Shown piece by piece: positions 60,957 to 64,000 of a DNA stretch of 64,000 bases. The DNA comes from Opitutales bacterium (GTDB lineage Bacteria; Verrucomicrobiota; Verrucomicrobiia; Opitutales; PNEW01). Location: contig CBDANS010000006.1 of the NCBI GenBank assembly GCA_965197745.1, positions 1,408,001 to 1,472,000 of the forward strand, read 5' to 3'. Position numbers and translations under genes: made by a program. The notes under the pieces were generated by a model. That model was not told where the DNA came from, ran no database searches, and saw only the letters and a list, made by a program, of their open reading frames with translations. Numbering within the stretch: position 1 is the stretch's first letter; every line of letters starts with the position of its first letter.

Positions 60957-61170
60957 CGGCCACGATCTGCCTTCGTCCAGTCCCGCAGTCGCGGGAGGGC
61001 TACGGCATGACAGGCATCGCGTGGCCTCCGGAAATGTGCAATTATCTTCGTCTGCGTCTGCTTCTTCGTCTTGAATTGAATTAAGATAAAGCAGCGTGCT
61101 GGGACAGCCCGCTCCACCTCATAAATATTAACTGAGATAAAAATGTGGAACGCGGACAAGCAGCCCGCTC
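60957..61170. repeat. REP-like cluster with nested insert
   Basis: CGGCCACGA[60966-61014]CATCGCGTGGCCTCC and GCGTGCTGGGACAGCCCGCTCCACC. Confidence 0.78.
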
Positions 61171-61175
61171 TAACT

Positions 61176-63593
61176 TTAACTCAGATTCTTATCGCCCGTT
61201 TTCCTGATAATAGAAGGGGAAAACTTATCCGCCGCATATTTATCTTCGTAATAACCGACTTTGGCATTTTCATTCAGCTTGACTTGCCAATTCCGCTCCA
61301 GTTTTTCGTCAAATTTCACGGTTACACGCAAAACATGTATCTCCATCATTTCACAGCTGCAATTTTCAAAAGATAACGGCGCGATATCATCTTCGAGGTA
61401 AAAATAGAGAGCGTGTTCAGTGTGTGGCGGGCCTGCCGTTCTACCTGTAATTACCCGATCTTGTAAATCATATCGCCACTCCTCGACGGCAAATGCACCG
61501 GTTATGTGGCGGTCCGATCCGATGAGTGTAACTTCCTTTTGCTTCTCGGTTGCGAATACCACCTGACAGGTAAAAGGGGGAAGCGAGACGGCATATTCAT
61601 CATTGAGTGTTCCGAGGAACCTTTTGTCCCAGAAGTCGAATAAGAAAAAGGCCCCCTTACTTTCAACCACCTCGTTCTGTTTGAACGATACTCTGATTTG
61701 TTCATCCTTATTCCAGTTAAACAAGCCAACGACAGTGTGGCCACCATCTCCAGATTGAGAGACCGGGAGCACCCATATACTGAGAGGATTTTTTTCGGCC
61801 ATCAAGTCGAGCGGGTAAGCACGACCCGGATAGACAGGCAGAGCGCGGGTATAAAGATAAAACCGTTCGTCGGATGTTCTCTCCAACGCACCTCCCACGA
61901 AAAAACACCAACAGTTGATGCTGTAGAGCGAGATCAACGCTTTCGCTTTCTCAAAGGGGGTAATTATCTTTTGCGAGAGAGGAATCTTTGAATCCCAGAA
62001 AAAAGGTCTTTCCGCGATGTCGATAAATTCAGGGTCTAAATGAAACCATTTTCCATGATAGAAGTAACGCTGGGCCATTTGATGGAGCAGAATCGTTTCC
62101 ATACTGCCACGAAAGTCCTGAGCGGCGCGCGAACTATCGACGATCCCAATCGTTTGCGTGGGATGGGTGCTTGAGATAAAAATATCGGGCCCTACTAGCT
62201 CTCTTATGCGCTGAATTCTGTTCCGGTAAGCTTCGATTAAAGTAATATCAGTTTGATAATTTTGCGATCCACCTCCGATAAAGAGATAGTCGAAACCCCA
62301 GTCATCAGTATACTTTTTTTTAATCCATTTGGCCGCCGCTTCGTCCCATTCACGCTTACCCCCCTTTATATGCTGGAACTCTACAAAGTGAAAGCCAGCT
62401 TGGAAACCACGCTTGTGAATCTCTTCATTAAAACTTTTGATGCCTTCTGGAAAATAATCATCCAGTTTGAATCCCTCGGCCAGGCCTTGATAGTCAGAAC
62501 GAGAAGCATCAATCTTTTTTAGAACTTCATCGGGAATAGTTGATCGCCAGTCGAAATCGTCGGGGGCGACTTCATTAGCCTCGCCTACCGCAAGCGTATA
62601 CATAATGGTGGTCAGGCCGTATTTCTGTAGATGTTTCTGAAGTATATCCATATTGGCGGTTAATCGCTTACTGGTCACATATTCAGGATTAATATTGCGG
62701 AATGACGGATCGCAGGCGTAGTCGCCCCATAGGCCGGCAGGGGGATCGTAGCGTAACTTTATTTCAAGATAATCGCGGACATAATCCGCGTGTTTATCCA
62801 GCGCGTTATGGATAGAGATTGAGTTAGCAAATGAAAACCTGCAATCGATGGATCGACCTGCTCCCAGGAAGAGTGGATGGATAGGGATAATTTCCGCATT
62901 CGGGTTGGCCGCTACTACGCCACCGGGCCCAATCCACGGATAATTATTTTTAGTCTCCTGCAGAGCCGACGCATAGAGTTTAACCCGGGAATTATCGCGG
63001 GAAAAAACATAGCGATAAAAAGCTTTGGGAGCGGCTCCCATGCCAATAACAAAATTTATGTTTCTGGCGGGATTATTTATTGCCGTAGACCAGTAAGCTT
63101 CAATTTGCGAACCGCTGTTAAGCCCCGTTGTTACCTCTTCGAGGAATCTCGAATACCAGAGAAATCCTCCCATGTTCGGGCTGCAGTTTAAGACACGACA
63201 CTTTTCTTTTTCGTCCCAGTCCTCGAATAGTGTTCCATCAATAGCGAATATGTCTTCGACCTTGAGGGTGTCGGAACCATTGTTTGTCACTGATAATGCA
63301 ACGGCCCTGGTGGGGGCGTTTTCATAACAGTAAAGTTGCCAGATAAACGACAGTTTATGCGCATCGTTGACAAACTCAGCAATGACGCATTCACCGGACC
63401 CGGCTGTATCGGAAAAAGGCTTCTTTTCTGATTGAATTAATTTCCCAAAAATCTTTTCCCCGCCCACGAGATGGGCGCCTACTCGACTTTCTTTGATCGT
63501 AATCCCGTCCGCCGTATCCAGGGTCCACGTATCAGTTGTCGTATCAAAGTTAATTTCTTCCTTATTAACTAAAGTGAATTTATTCTCTTTCAT
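61176..63593 (-). CDS. GH27/GH36 (clan D)-like glycoside hydrolase homolog
   Basis: FPEGIK..IHKRGF, WGFDY, GIVDSSRAAQD, LDPE and VVGLFNW motifs. Confidence 0.55.
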   Translation of the reverse strand: MKENKFTLVNKEEINFDTTTDTWTLDTADGITIKESRVGAHLVGGEKIFGKLIQSEKKPFSDTAGSGECVIAEFVNDAHKLSFIWQLYCYENAPTRAVALSVTNNGSDTLKVEDIFAIDGTLFEDWDEKEKCRVLNCSPNMGGFLWYSRFLEEVTTGLNSGSQIEAYWSTAINNPARNINFVIGMGAAPKAFYRYVFSRDNSRVKLYASALQETKNNYPWIGPGGVVAANPNAEIIPIHPLFLGAGRSIDCRFSFANSISIHNALDKHADYVRDYLEIKLRYDPPAGLWGDYACDPSFRNINPEYVTSKRLTANMDILQKHLQKYGLTTIMYTLAVGEANEVAPDDFDWRSTIPDEVLKKIDASRSDYQGLAEGFKLDDYFPEGIKSFNEEIHKRGFQAGFHFVEFQHIKGGKREWDEAAAKWIKKKYTDDWGFDYLFIGGGSQNYQTDITLIEAYRNRIQRIRELVGPDIFISSTHPTQTIGIVDSSRAAQDFRGSMETILLHQMAQRYFYHGKWFHLDPEFIDIAERPFFWDSKIPLSQKIITPFEKAKALISLYSINCWCFFVGGALERTSDERFYLYTRALPVYPGRAYPLDLMAEKNPLSIWVLPVSQSGDGGHTVVGLFNWNKDEQIRVSFKQNEVVESKGAFFLFDFWDKRFLGTLNDEYAVSLPPFTCQVVFATEKQKEVTLIGSDRHITGAFAVEEWRYDLQDRVITGRTAGPPHTEHALYFYLEDDIAPLSFENCSCEMMEIHVLRVTVKFDEKLERNWQVKLNENAKVGYYEDKYAADKFSPSIIRKTGDKNLS

Positions 63594-63867
63594 GATTCCC
63601 TATATGCTAAATTATGTCATTTGTGGATGCCATTCCTAGTATTACGCTGCGTGGTTATAATAGAGTATGCTACGAAAAGTTATCACCGCAATCTCTTAAA
63701 TGCTGGGAAAGTGTGAGACTGGAAAGATGCTGGTTGTTTAAATTGTAGATTTTTCGATCCGCCGCCACCTCGTAGCGGCAGGACTGTAGCGTGAGAGTTT
63801 TACGATATGGTGAATAATAATATAGTAATCACACGCGCTAAGAGAGCCCAAATATCGATTTTCCTTT

Positions 63868-63972
63868 TGTCATCGCGAAGGAGGTGATGCCGACTGTGGC
63901 GATCCAGGGGAATGTCTGTAGCGTAACGCCGGCCCCCTGGATTGCTTCGTCGCGCTACTCCTCGCAATGACA
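63868..63972. repeat. Complete TGTC-type REP inverted pair
   Basis: TGTCATCGCGAAGGAG..GCGATCCAGGGG / CCCCCTGGATTGCTTCGTC..CTCCTCGCAATGACA. Confidence 0.75.
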
Positions 63973-64000
63973 AATTGGAATTCAATCTAAGCGGGATAGC

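Overview
Bacterial chromosomal window, probably from a Verrucomicrobiota/Opitutae-like organism (inferred from gene content: a secreted protein family carrying the QHPNGNxFDQxLLTG domain, a prepilin-type gene, a BlaR1-TonB fusion, an RRM protein, and sulfatase/glycosidase genes). It holds about 50 mostly metabolic genes, including an aminotransferase-SDR-M81 operon, pepN, CADD-folP-folK, purN, a xanthine dehydrogenase-family large subunit and an NAD-linked formate dehydrogenase. Three paralogous surface proteins and a relic of a fourth are present, along with a nest of dead IS3-family elements. The most unusual content is non-coding and layered. (1) Three four-helix-bundle (23S-IVP/Avd-like) genes, all apparently disabled, lie in cassettes bracketed by inverted heptamer repeats; several ORF-less versions occur, two with 17-unit (GGGTTCA)n arrays. 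(2) Clusters of REP-like palindromes are present. (3) Tiny 24-49 bp hairpin+CAGG modules are inserted at fixed positions inside those REPs and heptamer arrays, with compensatory stem changes. (4) A related class of 31-42 bp modules is inserted into conserved motifs of two different IS3 transposases and inactivates them. No rRNA, tRNA, CRISPR array, reverse transcriptase or REP-associated transposase was seen. All family assignments are from motif recognition by eye, not database searches.
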